A stretch of DNA of 64,000 bases from Candidatus Poribacteria bacterium (GTDB lineage: Bacteria; Poribacteria; WGA-4E; WGA-3G): positions 3,200,001 to 3,264,000 of the forward strand of contig OZ251518.1 in assembly GCA_965242965.1 (NCBI GenBank), written 5' to 3'. The notes below the pieces were generated by a model. The model ran no database searches and had not been told where the DNA came from. It saw only the letters and a program-made list of their open reading frames with translations. Below are positions 1 through 9,546 of this stretch, one piece after another. How positions within the stretch are numbered: position 1 is the stretch's first letter; every line of letters begins with the position of its first letter. The position numbers were made by a program, and so were the translations under genes.

Positions 1-1869
1 CGCGCCGTTAATCACCTTAATCGCATCCTTCGCTTCCGCGAATCGGATGAGCCCAATGCGATACGTTATCGGCAGAATATCCAATCTCCCCATGAGCGTG
101 CTGAGTCCGAGCATAATCGCCTGCGATTTGCCGCCCATGCTCCGACTGTAATCCAGCACGATGACGATGTCAACGGTAGGCTCAAACCCGCTGTTTGCCC
201 TTTTGTTTGCAGCGGCTCCCGGTGCCGCACCGGCGTAAATATTGAGTCGATTTTTGTCGGTGCGGATGGTATACATGCGATGATGGCGTGCATCGTTGAT
301 GAGCCATCTACTGCCGCGCCGCTGCGGCATCGCCGTGAGATTGGCGGAGATGTTGAAACTTTCCGGGTAAATACCGGCGTAGACGTTCAATGTATTTCCC
401 TCTTTGCGGACGGTATAGACGCGCCGATTCACGTCATCGTTAATCATCCAGAGTTTGCCTTCGTCTTTCGCCCAGATAATCGCGTTTTCAGAGAGCCGGG
501 TATCCTTTCCCACCGAAACGCCTTGCCTGCCGAATTCGCGCAGCAACTTTTTCATCGGAATATCACCATCTTCTAGGAAGACTTCAAACTGCGCCTCCAT
601 GCTAAACAGCAAACTGCCGCCGTTCCGCCGAATGTCCGTGGCGATGTCGCGAAAAACCTTGAGGAACCCTGCATTGGCGACGCGTGTCGTTGGAAGCGAG
701 GTAGCCTTCCCAATATCGCCGGGGATGCGCTGCCAGAGCCCACCTGTCTCTTCCGCTAACTGCTGCTGAAAAGGTTCAGGGTGTCCGAGGACATTGACGT
801 GAATCTCCTCCCGTTGATACCTGTCCAGCACCTTCGCGCGCACCATCGCATAAGCATTCTCTTGTTTCACGCGCGTCGATGCCGGTTCATCCGTGACGAG
901 GACGAGATACTTATCGGCATCGGCGTGGAAATCGATGTAGCCGAGAGTCTCAATGAGCGCGTCTAGCGCGTGTTCATCGCCGCTCATCGTTGTCTTCTGC
1001 ATGCGGCGGCGAAGCATCCCGACATCGGGCAAAAGGGAACGAATCTCAAGTTGTTGTCCCGCGCGCCGGACGCTAAATTCCGCCATGCCGAGGTGATATT
1101 CCAGATTGACATAGTCGAACGCATCGCTCATGCTGTAAAGGTTCGCGGCAACCTCTTGGATGTTATCGCGCATGCTCGCGCTGGTATCCAAAACAAAGAC
1201 GACGTTAATCTTATCGCGGACGCGCGTGCCGATGATATGGTTCGCGATGTTTTTGAGGGCTTCGGCGAACGGATTGGTGCTGTCCGTTGCGCCATCGCCG
1301 CCGCTGCCCTCTTCGCCTGCGCCATCACCGACGGTGCCGATTTCCGAAGTGCCAGTGGATTCCAACCGATGAAACCCGCTGCCGCCTTCACCTTTGACGC
1401 GTTGCCGAAAACTATCCACGCCTGCCCCTGCTGTCGTTTGATAAGGGCTCGCCACAGATTCAGGGAGGGTTTCTCTGCCATCGAACCTTTGCGCATCTGT
1501 CGTGACTTCAGGCAGAACCGTTGCTGTCTCATCTACCGTTTGCGTTGCGTTGTGTAGCAGTGCTTCTTCGGATTGCCGCAGCGTTTCATCAATGAGACTG
1601 GCAGACGCAGTCAGTTTGAGATGGCGCGGTTGTGCCTCGCTTGCGGATTCGGTGCGCGCCATTATCCGTTTGCGCAAAGGCTGTTTGAGCGTGCGCCGCG
1701 GGCGTTGGAACTCCTTCGCCTCGAAAAGCTCCACCGCGATTGCGTCTTCCACCCGCGTTTGCCAATGGGTATAAAGCAAGAAGGAGCCGATAATGGCAAG
1801 GCAGAGATGGACAATCCCTGAAATGAGGAGCGCGCGCACGGAACGCTGTCTGATGATAGAACGGTTCAT
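1..1869 (-). CDS. Membrane-anchored protein with two vWA domains (3' end runs off the window; missing from the ORF track)
   Basis: Hand translation of sampled stretches from ATG 1869 (SD GGAGA): MNRSIIRQRSVRALLISGIVHLCLAIIGSFLL (TM), vWA MIDAS VVFVLDTSASM...GDEHALDA...LVLVTDE, second vWA VDIVIVLDYSRSM. The same frame reaches base 1. Confidence 0.85.
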   Translation of the reverse strand, partial: MNRSIIRQRSVRALLISGIVHLCLAIIGSFLLYTHWQTRVEDAIAVELFEAKEFQRPRRTLKQPLRKRIMARTESASEAQPRHLKLTASASLIDETLRQSEEALLHNATQTVDETATVLPEVTTDAQRFDGRETLPESVASPYQTTAGAGVDSFRQRVKGEGGSGFHRLESTGTSEIGTVGDGAGEEGSGGDGATDSTNPFAEALKNIANHIIGTRVRDKINVVFVLDTSASMRDNIQEVAANLYSMSDAFDYVNLEYHLGMAEFSVRRAGQQLEIRSLLPDVGMLRRRMQKTTMSGDEHALDALIETLGYIDFHADADKYLVLVTDEPASTRVKQENAYAMVRAKVLDRYQREEIHVNVLGHPEPFQQQLAEETGGLWQRIPGDIGKATSLPTTRVANAGFLKVFRDIATDIRRNGGSLLFSMEAQFEVFLEDGDIPMKKLLREFGRQGVSVGKDTRLSENAIIWAKDEGKLWMINDDVNRRVYTVRKEGNTLNVYAGIYPESFNISANLTAMPQRRGSRWLINDARHHRMYTIRTDKNRLNIYAGAAPGAAANKRANSGFEPTVDIVIVLDYSRSMGGKSQAIMLGLSTLMGRLDILPITYRIGLIRFAEAKDAIKVINGA

Positions 1870-1960
1870 GAAGGCTTTCTCCCGAAAAAAGTGTGCAGGA
1901 AATGGATACAAAAAGTATATCATAAACGGCAGCCCTGTTGCAAGCAGAAAATGACGATTC

Positions 1961-2350
1961 AGTAGGAGAGCCCTCCCGGTCTTGATATCGTCCGCGCACT
2001 CCAACGCTCGCGGGGGACAGGCCCCCGCGCTACGGAAAAAAAACGGTACTTCACCGTAGGGCGAGGGCCTGTCCCTCGCCATCGTCCGCGCGCCCCTTCT
2101 GTAGGTCAGGATCGCCTGATCCTGACCCGTTTGTGATCAGGCGATCACAAACTACAGATGGGGAAACACACATCGTGACGATGGAGATCGCGGGGGACAG
2201 GCCCCCGCGCTACGATGAAAAAACGGTTCTTGAGCCCTCGCGGGGGAAACCCGCTCGGATGCGCGTATGGCATCCGAGGGTCCCCGCGCTACGGGAACAT
2301 CAAGCCCCGGAGGTCTCTCCTACCGAACGCATCGAAATATGAAACCCTTC
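1961..2350. repeat. Cluster of GTAG-hairpin REP-like repeats ending in a MITE-like end (tatgaaacccttc-aattaa)
   Basis: gtaggagagccctcccggtct, cgcgggggacaggcccccgcgctac, gtagggcgagggcctgtccctcgcc, gtaggtcaggatcgcctgatcctgac. Confidence 0.85.
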
Positions 2351-2360
2351 AATTAATTTC

Positions 2361-2567
2361 TTGACAAATTTTGTTTTGCATGCGATACTAATAAAATGCC
2401 AACGAAAAACGCCAAAAAATAGATAGGATAGACGCAGAACGCACCCCCCAGGCATGGTTAACATGGTTTCAAACCGCGCATACCGATGGAGGATTCTGGC
2501 ATTTGCATCCGTCCTGATAAATACGATGCGTTTTTTTCTTGCATTTAACGTTGAAAAATGCTATACT
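2361..2567 (+). promoter_or_regulatory. Two candidate sigma70 promoters
   Basis: TTGACA(2361)-17-GATACT and TTGCAT(2539)-17-TATACT, both with TGn before the -10. Confidence 0.5.
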
Positions 2568-2734
2568 ATATAAAAGTGCGTTTTTTGACGCGCGATTACG
2601 TGATTTGCACGCAGTACTGCTATCACATCTATCGTTAACTTTTTTTGTTAGGCGAGAGTTTTTGGGAAGCGCGCTTCTTGCTCAAACCGCTCTCAGCCTG
2701 CATTCAACCGAATGAATAAGGAGATTTCATAGCT

Positions 2735-3457
2735 ATGAACAAGTTAGCAATCGTTCTGATGATTGCCTGTGTCGCCCTCATCACGCCGATGGCGTTCGCG
2801 CAGAATTGGCAGCCCGCAGGCGATACGTGGATTGAAAAATGGTGGGGACTCGATCTGGTGACGAACACCGGTGGCTTCAACGACTCCGCCGCGGTGGATT
2901 ATTTATCGGAAGGGACCGGCGGCGCGATTTCCAACGCCTCCGTTTCAACGCGCGACGGTGCCGGCGAAACGGCGAACGTCATTGTCAATCTTCCAGATAA
3001 CGGCGGCGCGCTCGCCTGGTCGATCGTGACGCTGAATACCGAAGACCAGCTGAATATGTCCACCAGCCACGGGCTCGTCGATGGTGGAGACATCACGTGG
3101 CATGGGCTCATCGTCGTCATCTCACCCGATGAGCGGACAACGGTGATGCATCCGGCGCATGACGACTACGCGCAGATCTGGCTTAACGGCGCACAGGTTT
3201 ACGATAACTCCGCTTGGACAGGCGGCGCACGCGAGGTAACAACTCCCACTGAGATTAGCCTCCAGAAGGGTGAGAACTTCTTGCACTTCAAATGCGGCGA
3301 ATCGGGTGGCGCGGATTACGTCAACCTCCGTTTTGAAGCGACGGACGCAGACCTCAAGATAGCACCGACGCAAGATAACCTCTTCTTGGATGTCCTCACG
3401 CCGGTTGAACCGCAAGGCAAACTGGCGACACGGTGGGCAGATATCAAGCGGCGGTAA
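2735..3457 (+). CDS. Secreted PA14/jelly-roll-like protein with Poribacteria-type C-terminal motif
   Basis: SD AAGGAG; signal peptide ending AFA; HDDYAQIWLNG PA14-like motif; C-terminus PVEPQGKLATRWADIKRR. Confidence 0.8.
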   Translation: MNKLAIVLMIACVALITPMAFAQNWQPAGDTWIEKWWGLDLVTNTGGFNDSAAVDYLSEGTGGAISNASVSTRDGAGETANVIVNLPDNGGALAWSIVTLNTEDQLNMSTSHGLVDGGDITWHGLIVVISPDERTTVMHPAHDDYAQIWLNGAQVYDNSAWTGGAREVTTPTEISLQKGENFLHFKCGESGGADYVNLRFEATDADLKIAPTQDNLFLDVLTPVEPQGKLATRWADIKRR

Positions 3458-3463
3458 AGCGCG

Positions 3464-3503
3464 AAGCCCGTATCCGAATGTGGATGCGGGCTTTTTTATT
3501 TTT
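3464..3503 (+). terminator. Intrinsic terminator
   Basis: aagcccgtatcc-gaatgt-ggatgcgggctt stem-loop followed by a T-tract, just after the stop at 3457. Confidence 0.85.
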
Positions 3504-3530
3504 TGTCGCGGTTCCAAATCGCGTATTGGC

Positions 3531-3792
3531 TCGTAGGGCGGGGGCCTGTCCCCCGCCGTGTCAGCAGTGCCAAATCGCATATTAGGCCCGTAGGGCGGGG
3601 GCCTGTCCCCCGCCGTGCAACGATCGCGAGGGACAGGCCCTCGCGCTACGGTAAGCGGAACGGTTACGATCGCGAGGGACAGGCCCTCGCGCTACGGTAT
3701 TGAAGGGGGCGTGTGATCGCGAGGGACAGGCCCTCGCCCTACGGATAAACGGATGCATCAGGATCGCGAGGGACAGGCCCTCGCGCTACGGT
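3531..3792. repeat. REP cluster (6 copies) between convergent genes
   Basis: 2x gtagggcgggggcctgtcccccgcc and 4x gcgagggacaggccctcgc(g/c)ctac. Confidence 0.9.
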
Positions 3793-3848
3793 AAGTGGAA
3801 CGGTTTCGGAAATAACCCGATTTCATCAAACGGTGCCGAACGGGTTTA

Positions 3849-5528
3849 TCAATTCTCCGATTCTGAAATCGTCACGATTTGATTGACTTCTATTCTCACC
3901 AATTCCTGCCGAATGCCACTCGGCCAGGTAATAGCGATACTCTCAACTCGCTCATGCGCGCCCACCCCAAACAGCAACCGCACCTGACTGCCCGATGCAT
4001 AACTTGAACCACTCTTCGTTTCAGCGACTTGCGTCATATCGCCTGCTATTATTGTCACCTTCGCGCCGATGCCATCGCGATTACTTCGCGTCCCAACCAA
4101 CTGAATGCCGAGCCAATTGTGCCGATTGCCGCCCTCATTGCGGAGCAAAACGGCACGTTGATTAGAATTCATGACGACAATGTCCATATCGCCATCGTTA
4201 TCGTAGTCTGCGCATGCCGCTGCGCGCCCGACGAATGTCTCCGAAAAATAGGCACCGGCAGTTTCCGATACCTCTTGATAGGTGCCATCGCCGTTGTTCC
4301 GGAAGACCTGGTCGCGTTGCGCATACGTCTCGTGGTCCTGCAGGATTTCGATGACATCTTGCGGATGCCCATTCGCACAAAAAATATCGAGGTATCCATC
4401 GTTATCGTAATCCAAAAAGAGGGGACTGAACCCGACAAAGGGCAGCGTCGGCTGTTGCAAACCGCTTTCCACGGTAGCGTCAGAAAAGAGGATGCCCTCT
4501 TCATTCTTATAGAGCGTCGCCTTCTCCGAATTCGCTATGAGGAGATCGAGCCAGCCATCGCCGTTATAGTCGCCGCAGTCAACCCCCATTGAACCTTCCG
4601 CGACCCCGTTTTCATCATATCCGCCGCCGATGAAGAGGCTTTCATCGGTGAACGTGCCATCGCCGTTATTGCGGTAAAGGAAATTGCGATTGGTATCGTT
4701 GGAGACATAAATATCGGGAAAGCCGTCGTTATCATAATCACAGGCGATGGCGGCCATGCCGCGTCCTTCTTCAGGATTCGTTACGCCTGCTGTCGCTGCA
4801 ACGTTAGTGAACGTGCCGTCGCCGTTGTTTCGGTAAAGCACATCCGCCGTGCCTCTGTAGCGTCGCGGGTGCCCATAACCGACGATGCCTTTGTAAGTTT
4901 CAACCGGCATTGACAAATCATAGACGAGGTAGTTGACGACGAAAATGTCCAGATGTCCGTCCAGATTGAAATCGAGATAAACCGCCGCGATGCCCCAACT
5001 GTGGTTATCAATACCGGCGGCTTCGGTGATGTCGGTGAACGTGCCATCGCCGTTGTTTCTGTAGAGCGTATCTTGTCCGAAGTTTGCGACGTAAAGATCA
5101 GCGTCGCCATCGTTATCGATATCCGCGGCGGCGGCGGCCATGCCGTATCCCGTGTCGCCAGTGCCAGAGATTTCAGTGACATCGGTAAAGCGTCCATTTC
5201 CATCGTTGCGATAAAGGGCATTAGCGGCTTTGCTTTGTAAACGCGCGGGCTGTTTATCGTTTGGAATGGGGCCGCTGTTGACAAAATAGAGTTCAGCGTC
5301 GCCATCGTTATCGTAATCAAAAAAGACGGTGCCGGAACCCATCGTTTCGATGATGTGCTTGTGTTCGGTTTTGCCGTTATTATGTTTGAAGTGGATGCCT
5401 GCTTCTTGGGTAACATCGGCGAAGATGGGGTGTTGTGCGGCGGCGCGCTTGCAAAACGCGCTTATTGATGTGAGTAGAATGAAAATAATTATCTGCAGGA
5501 AAAGCTGCAGTTTACGGTGCTTTCGCAT
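3849..5528 (-). CDS. CRTAC1-family protein (FG-GAP repeats plus ASPIC/UnbV)
   Basis: Repeated DYDNDGDxD and LYRNNGDGTFTDV motifs; C-terminal NRDGIGAKV...LFGVG...ITWPSG. Start reset to MRKHRKLQ (signal peptide) because the upstream extension is repeat-derived. Confidence 0.9.
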   Translation of the reverse strand: MRKHRKLQLFLQIIIFILLTSISAFCKRAAAQHPIFADVTQEAGIHFKHNNGKTEHKHIIETMGSGTVFFDYDNDGDAELYFVNSGPIPNDKQPARLQSKAANALYRNDGNGRFTDVTEISGTGDTGYGMAAAAADIDNDGDADLYVANFGQDTLYRNNGDGTFTDITEAAGIDNHSWGIAAVYLDFNLDGHLDIFVVNYLVYDLSMPVETYKGIVGYGHPRRYRGTADVLYRNNGDGTFTNVAATAGVTNPEEGRGMAAIACDYDNDGFPDIYVSNDTNRNFLYRNNGDGTFTDESLFIGGGYDENGVAEGSMGVDCGDYNGDGWLDLLIANSEKATLYKNEEGILFSDATVESGLQQPTLPFVGFSPLFLDYDNDGYLDIFCANGHPQDVIEILQDHETYAQRDQVFRNNGDGTYQEVSETAGAYFSETFVGRAAACADYDNDGDMDIVVMNSNQRAVLLRNEGGNRHNWLGIQLVGTRSNRDGIGAKVTIIAGDMTQVAETKSGSSYASGSQVRLLFGVGAHERVESIAITWPSGIRQELVRIEVNQIVTISESEN

Positions 5529-5647
5529 ATTGTTGGGAACGTCCTCCGATTTGTTTTCGTGTGTCAGGATTTTTATATGTGTTTGGATGTGACGAGATAT
5601 TCTACACTGAAGACAAAATATGTCAAGAAAAATGAAAGTAGGAAAAT

Positions 5648-5975
5648 GAGGGTGTTTCATAACTCGTTGCCTCGGGCCCACCTCTGTAGTTTGTGATCGC
5701 CTGATCACAAACAGGTCAAGATCAGGCGATCTTGCCCTACAGGGGGGATGCGGTCTGCCAGCAAAACGCATGGCGAGGGAAACCCGCTCGCATGCGCGTG
5801 TGGCATGCGAGGGCCCAAGCCCTACGGTGAGGGGTGGCGTTTTTTTCACCGTAGCGCGGGGGCCTGTCCCCCGCGAGCGTTGGATTGCGCGTGCGCGAGG
5901 GATGGCGAGGGGAACCCGCTCGCATGCGCGTGTGGCATGCGAGGGCCCTCGCCCTACGGTGAGGGGGCGTTTTTT
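5648..5975. repeat. REP cluster with one MITE-like end (gagggtgtttcataactcgtt)
   Basis: Several GTAG-hairpin classes, including the long form containing ctcgcatgcgcgtgtggcatgcgag. Confidence 0.85.
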
Positions 5976-5980
5976 TCATC

Positions 5981-6931
5981 TTATTCCGCAGTCTTCGCCA
6001 GCCGAAACCCAACAAACGAAGTCTTCAGGCGCGGATAGAGATAAAACCGAAACGTTGTGCTACACCGCGGCAGCGCGTCTATCCACGAACCGCCTCGAAT
6101 AACACGCCAACTGCCGACATCCGGTCCCGGCGGATTCCGTTGCAAGCTGCGCCAATAGTAGACATCGCTATACCAATCCGCTGTCCACTCCCAAACGTTA
6201 CCCGCCATATCCAGCGCGCCGTAATAACTCTTCCCTTTCGGAAAACTGCCGACTGGGGCAAGTCGGTTTTCATAGCCGTCATCGGTGGCACTTGTATTAG
6301 CGTAAGCCTCCATCGCATTCCCCCAGGGCCAGGTTCTATCGGTATAGCCGCGCGCCGCCTTCTCCCATTCCGCTTCTGTCGGCAGCCGCATCCCTTTCCA
6401 TGCCGCATACGCCTTTGCATCGTGCCATGAGACACCGACGACAGGATAATTCGGAAACTGCTTGGCGCGGGCGGGCCACTCACCGATATGCGGCAGATGC
6501 GCGAAGTTCTCCGGCGTATGTCGGCGAGAAGCATCGGATACCCAAAATGCGTAATACTCGGCATTCGTCACCTCATATTTGCCGATGTAGTAGGCATCGA
6601 GATAGACTTTATGCATCGGTTTTTCGTCAGCGGCGCGTCTCTCGCTGCCCATCGTGAAGGTGCCGGCGGGAATTAAAATAAGGTTTTCCGCGTCGGAGCG
6701 CGTTATGTCAGCGGCGGCATCGCGGGGGACAGGCCCCCGCGCTACGGTATCTTTAGGTTGTAAGGGCGTTATGTCAGCGGCGGCATCGCGGGGGACAGGC
6801 CCCCGCGCTACGGTGGTTCCGGTGTTGCGATGGATAGGCCCGCGCGCTATCGGGAAGAAAAAAACTATAACAAGCAGGATGCCGAAAAGCCTTTTACTTT
6901 TGCTGTTCAGCCATTTTTTTGTAGTGTTCAT
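5981..6931 (-). CDS. FGE-sulfatase (SUMF1/EgtB/PvdO) domain protein with in-frame REP-derived N-terminal repeats
   Basis: IPAGTFTMGS, YEVTNAEY, PVVGVSWHDAKAY, RLPTEAEWEKAARG, DMAGNVWEW, RGGSW, GFR; N-terminal TM followed by 2x TVARGPVPRDAAADIT. Confidence 0.9.
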   Translation of the reverse strand: MNTTKKWLNSKSKRLFGILLVIVFFFPIARGPIHRNTGTTVARGPVPRDAAADITPLQPKDTVARGPVPRDAAADITRSDAENLILIPAGTFTMGSERRAADEKPMHKVYLDAYYIGKYEVTNAEYYAFWVSDASRRHTPENFAHLPHIGEWPARAKQFPNYPVVGVSWHDAKAYAAWKGMRLPTEAEWEKAARGYTDRTWPWGNAMEAYANTSATDDGYENRLAPVGSFPKGKSYYGALDMAGNVWEWTADWYSDVYYWRSLQRNPPGPDVGSWRVIRGGSWIDALPRCSTTFRFYLYPRLKTSFVGFRLAKTAE

Positions 6932-8114
6932 AAGCGCGATAATGCTCCTGCGCGAGTTCGTGTCTATCAAGACTCTCGTATAACTTCGCGAGGTTCAGAT
7001 GAAAATAGGGTTGCTCGCCGTTGAGTTCGATCGCCTTCCGATAGGCACCGATAGCGTTTTGCGCGTCACCCTGCATCGCGTAAGCACTGCCGAGGGTATT
7101 GTAAAGCACCGCCAGGCGCCCTCGGGAGGACTCGCTCGCCGGTTCAAGCAGTTGAATTGCCTTTTGCGCCGCTTCTGCCGCAGGGCGCGGGTAGTTAAGA
7201 TTGATGAACGCTTGGCTAAGCCCGTGATAAAAATTCGCCTCGTTCGGTGCAAGTTCAATGCACTTCTGCAACACCCGCACCGCTTCCGCATAGTTCTTTT
7301 GATGGATAAGCAAACTCGCCAAACCAGCCCATCCATTGAGATTCTTCGGTTCCGTGCGCGTCAGCCGAGAGAGGCGTTCATATTCGGCATACTCCTTTTG
7401 GAGCAGCTGATAGATGCGCATTTCCTCACGGCTTTTCTCTCGGTATTGAGAACGGGAGGGCTCTCCTACCGTGGTGCTGAGGCGGAGATACGCCGTGCCG
7501 AGTCCATAGTGCGGCTCCGCATAACGCGCCGGCCCGAATTGCAGTGCCTTCTTGAAGGTTTCTATCGCTTCAGGATATGCCTTCAAATTGAGATACGCCG
7601 TGCCGAGTTCCTGATAGGTGCCGGCGGCGTTCGGTTTCAGCGCGAGAGCTTTCGTTAAAGTGTTAACTGCCTCTGCATATTTGCGAAGTTTCACTTGTGC
7701 TTTGCCGAGCACCTCATACCCGCGCGCGTGCTGCGGCGATAATGCGATAACCTGTTGCAACGGTGCCACTGCCTGCGCCCATTCGTCCATTCTAAAATGC
7801 GCAACGCCGAGGGAATAGAGTGCCTCAATGTTATCCGGCATCAACGCCAACGAACGCTGGTATGCCTCGACAGCCTTTTTCCAGAATTGTTCTTGCGCGT
7901 AAGCCATGCCGAGGTAGTGATGGATTTCGTAGTGTTCCGATTCACTCGCGAGTGCGGCTTCAAACGCCGCGATTGCGCCTTGGTTATCTCCTTGAAAGAG
8001 GCGTGCGAATCCGTGTTCAACGTGCTGCACGTAAGTGGCGTGTGCGTCTGAGCCTTGTGCGTCAGGTGTCGTGCACAAGCAGAGGATGATGCCAAGTATC
8101 AACCATTTTTGCAT
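6894..8114 (-). CDS. Secreted TPR-repeat protein
   Basis: Signal peptide; about 9 TPR units (e.g. ALYSLGVAHFRMDEWAQAV, LYNTLGSAYAMQGD); overlaps the FGE gene start, so likely an operon. Confidence 0.9.
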   Translation of the reverse strand: MQKWLILGIILCLCTTPDAQGSDAHATYVQHVEHGFARLFQGDNQGAIAAFEAALASESEHYEIHHYLGMAYAQEQFWKKAVEAYQRSLALMPDNIEALYSLGVAHFRMDEWAQAVAPLQQVIALSPQHARGYEVLGKAQVKLRKYAEAVNTLTKALALKPNAAGTYQELGTAYLNLKAYPEAIETFKKALQFGPARYAEPHYGLGTAYLRLSTTVGEPSRSQYREKSREEMRIYQLLQKEYAEYERLSRLTRTEPKNLNGWAGLASLLIHQKNYAEAVRVLQKCIELAPNEANFYHGLSQAFINLNYPRPAAEAAQKAIQLLEPASESSRGRLAVLYNTLGSAYAMQGDAQNAIGAYRKAIELNGEQPYFHLNLAKLYESLDRHELAQEHYRAYEHYKKMAEQQK

Positions 8115-8304
8115 TAGATTTTCCTAAGGTGATGGAGATGTGGTAACATATTAACTGCAGTCGCGAAAAAAAGTCAAGGAAATAACGTTGCGTCACTCAG
8201 CGTCATCAGGGTTACCTTTATTGATGAAATAGCCGATAAGTCTGTCTTTGTATCGTGCACAGAGAACATCCCACGCTTATTCATCGCGATTGAGATAACT
8301 CGGT

Positions 8305-8535
8305 GCGATCGCGGGGGACAGGCCCCCGCGCTACGGTGAGAAAGAAGCATCTTCCGGTTATCGTAGGGCGAGGGCCTGTCCCTCGCCGTGCGTTTGGCTG
8401 TCAGACTGCATCTCCCCTGTAGGTCAGGATCGCCTGATCCTGACCCGTTCGGGAGCGGGTGCTCCCGAACTACAGAGTTGGGCCCGATGCTCGCCATGCA
8501 ACGATCGCGGGGGACAGGCCCCCGCGCTACGGTGA
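8305..8535. repeat. REP cluster
   Basis: Class A and class C GTAG hairpins in inverted pairs. Confidence 0.85.
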
Positions 8536-8612
8536 GAAAAATGAAAATCAACTTGACGCGAAACACAGAATGTGATAAACTTGACTATCATTTCCTTTAT
8601 AGCAAAAAAAGA

Positions 8613-9365
8613 ATGCGAAACATCAAACTGGTGCTGGAATATGACGGCACCAACTACCACGGCTGGCAAATCCAACCCAACCTCCCGACAATTCAGGGAG
8701 CGGTTGAGAATGCACTGACGAAATTGACAAAGTCACATATCCAGATTATCGGCGCGGGAAGGACGGATAGCGGTGTCCACGCCGAAGGACAAGTCGCGAA
8801 TTTCTACACCGATGCGCAGATACCGATTATCGCTTTCCAGAAGGGACTCAACAGCCTTCTGCCACGGGATATTGTCGTCTGTGAGGCAACGGAGATGCCT
8901 GCCGATTTCCACGCGCGGTTTAGTGCCACTAGTCGGCGGTATCGATATACGATTCTGCATCGCGCCTATCCCGCCGCGCTGGCGCGGCATAGAAGTTATT
9001 TTTATCCGATGGCGATTGACGTTTCGCAAATTGACGCGCTGTGTCAAAGTCTGGTGGGGAAACGGGATTTCTCCTCTTTCCAGAAAACGGGGAGTGATAG
9101 GTTAAATCCGGTGTGCGAGGTTTATGAGGCGCGTTGTTGGAAGGCGGATGAACATGTCTATATTGAAATTGAGGCGGATGCGTTTCTGCGGGGGATGGTG
9201 CGCGCCATCGTCGGGACGGTCTTGAAATATCAGCAGTGTGATGATGCGGCGATGCAATTTCGTCGCATTGTAGAAGCGAAGGAACGTGCAGCGGCGGGAC
9301 CTGCGGTGCCTGCCCACGGGTTGTCACTTATTCATGTCAAATACAGTAATACATCGCGACCGTAG
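8613..9365 (+). CDS. truA: tRNA pseudouridine(38-40) synthase
   Basis: EYDGTNYHGWQIQ, GAGRTDSGVHA, FHARFSA, AFLRGMVRAIVG; start reset to MRNIKL. Confidence 0.97.
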   Translation: MRNIKLVLEYDGTNYHGWQIQPNLPTIQGAVENALTKLTKSHIQIIGAGRTDSGVHAEGQVANFYTDAQIPIIAFQKGLNSLLPRDIVVCEATEMPADFHARFSATSRRYRYTILHRAYPAALARHRSYFYPMAIDVSQIDALCQSLVGKRDFSSFQKTGSDRLNPVCEVYEARCWKADEHVYIEIEADAFLRGMVRAIVGTVLKYQQCDDAAMQFRRIVEAKERAAAGPAVPAHGLSLIHVKYSNTSRP

Positions 9366-9525
9366 CGCGGGGGCCTGTCCCCCGCGAACCTGAGCTACCA
9401 CCGTAGCGCGGGGGCCTGTCCCCCGCGATCTTGAACGCATCGAGACCAGGAGGTCTCTCCTACACCGTAGCGCGAGGGCCTGTCCCTCGCGAACCTGAAT
9501 GCATCGAAACGCGGTCTCTCCTACC
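9361..9525. repeat. REP cluster whose first GTAG contains the truA stop codon
   Basis: cgTAGcgcgggggcctgtcccccgcg at 9361, repeated at about 9402 and 9466, plus class B copies. Confidence 0.85.
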
Positions 9526-9546
9526 GGCATACAACGGAGGAAATTT

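Noticed and set aside
280-1999. Several short ORFs listed on both strands
   Set aside because: They are shadows of the long minus-strand vWA gene, which the track missed because its stop is outside the window.
5529-5849. Long N-terminal ORF-track extensions (also 8388, 9499, 11176, 26422, 30644, 31795, 35175, 61970)
   Set aside because: They mostly run through REP or TIR sequence (the TIR itself reads ATGAAACAC). Better starts with an SD or signal peptide lie downstream.
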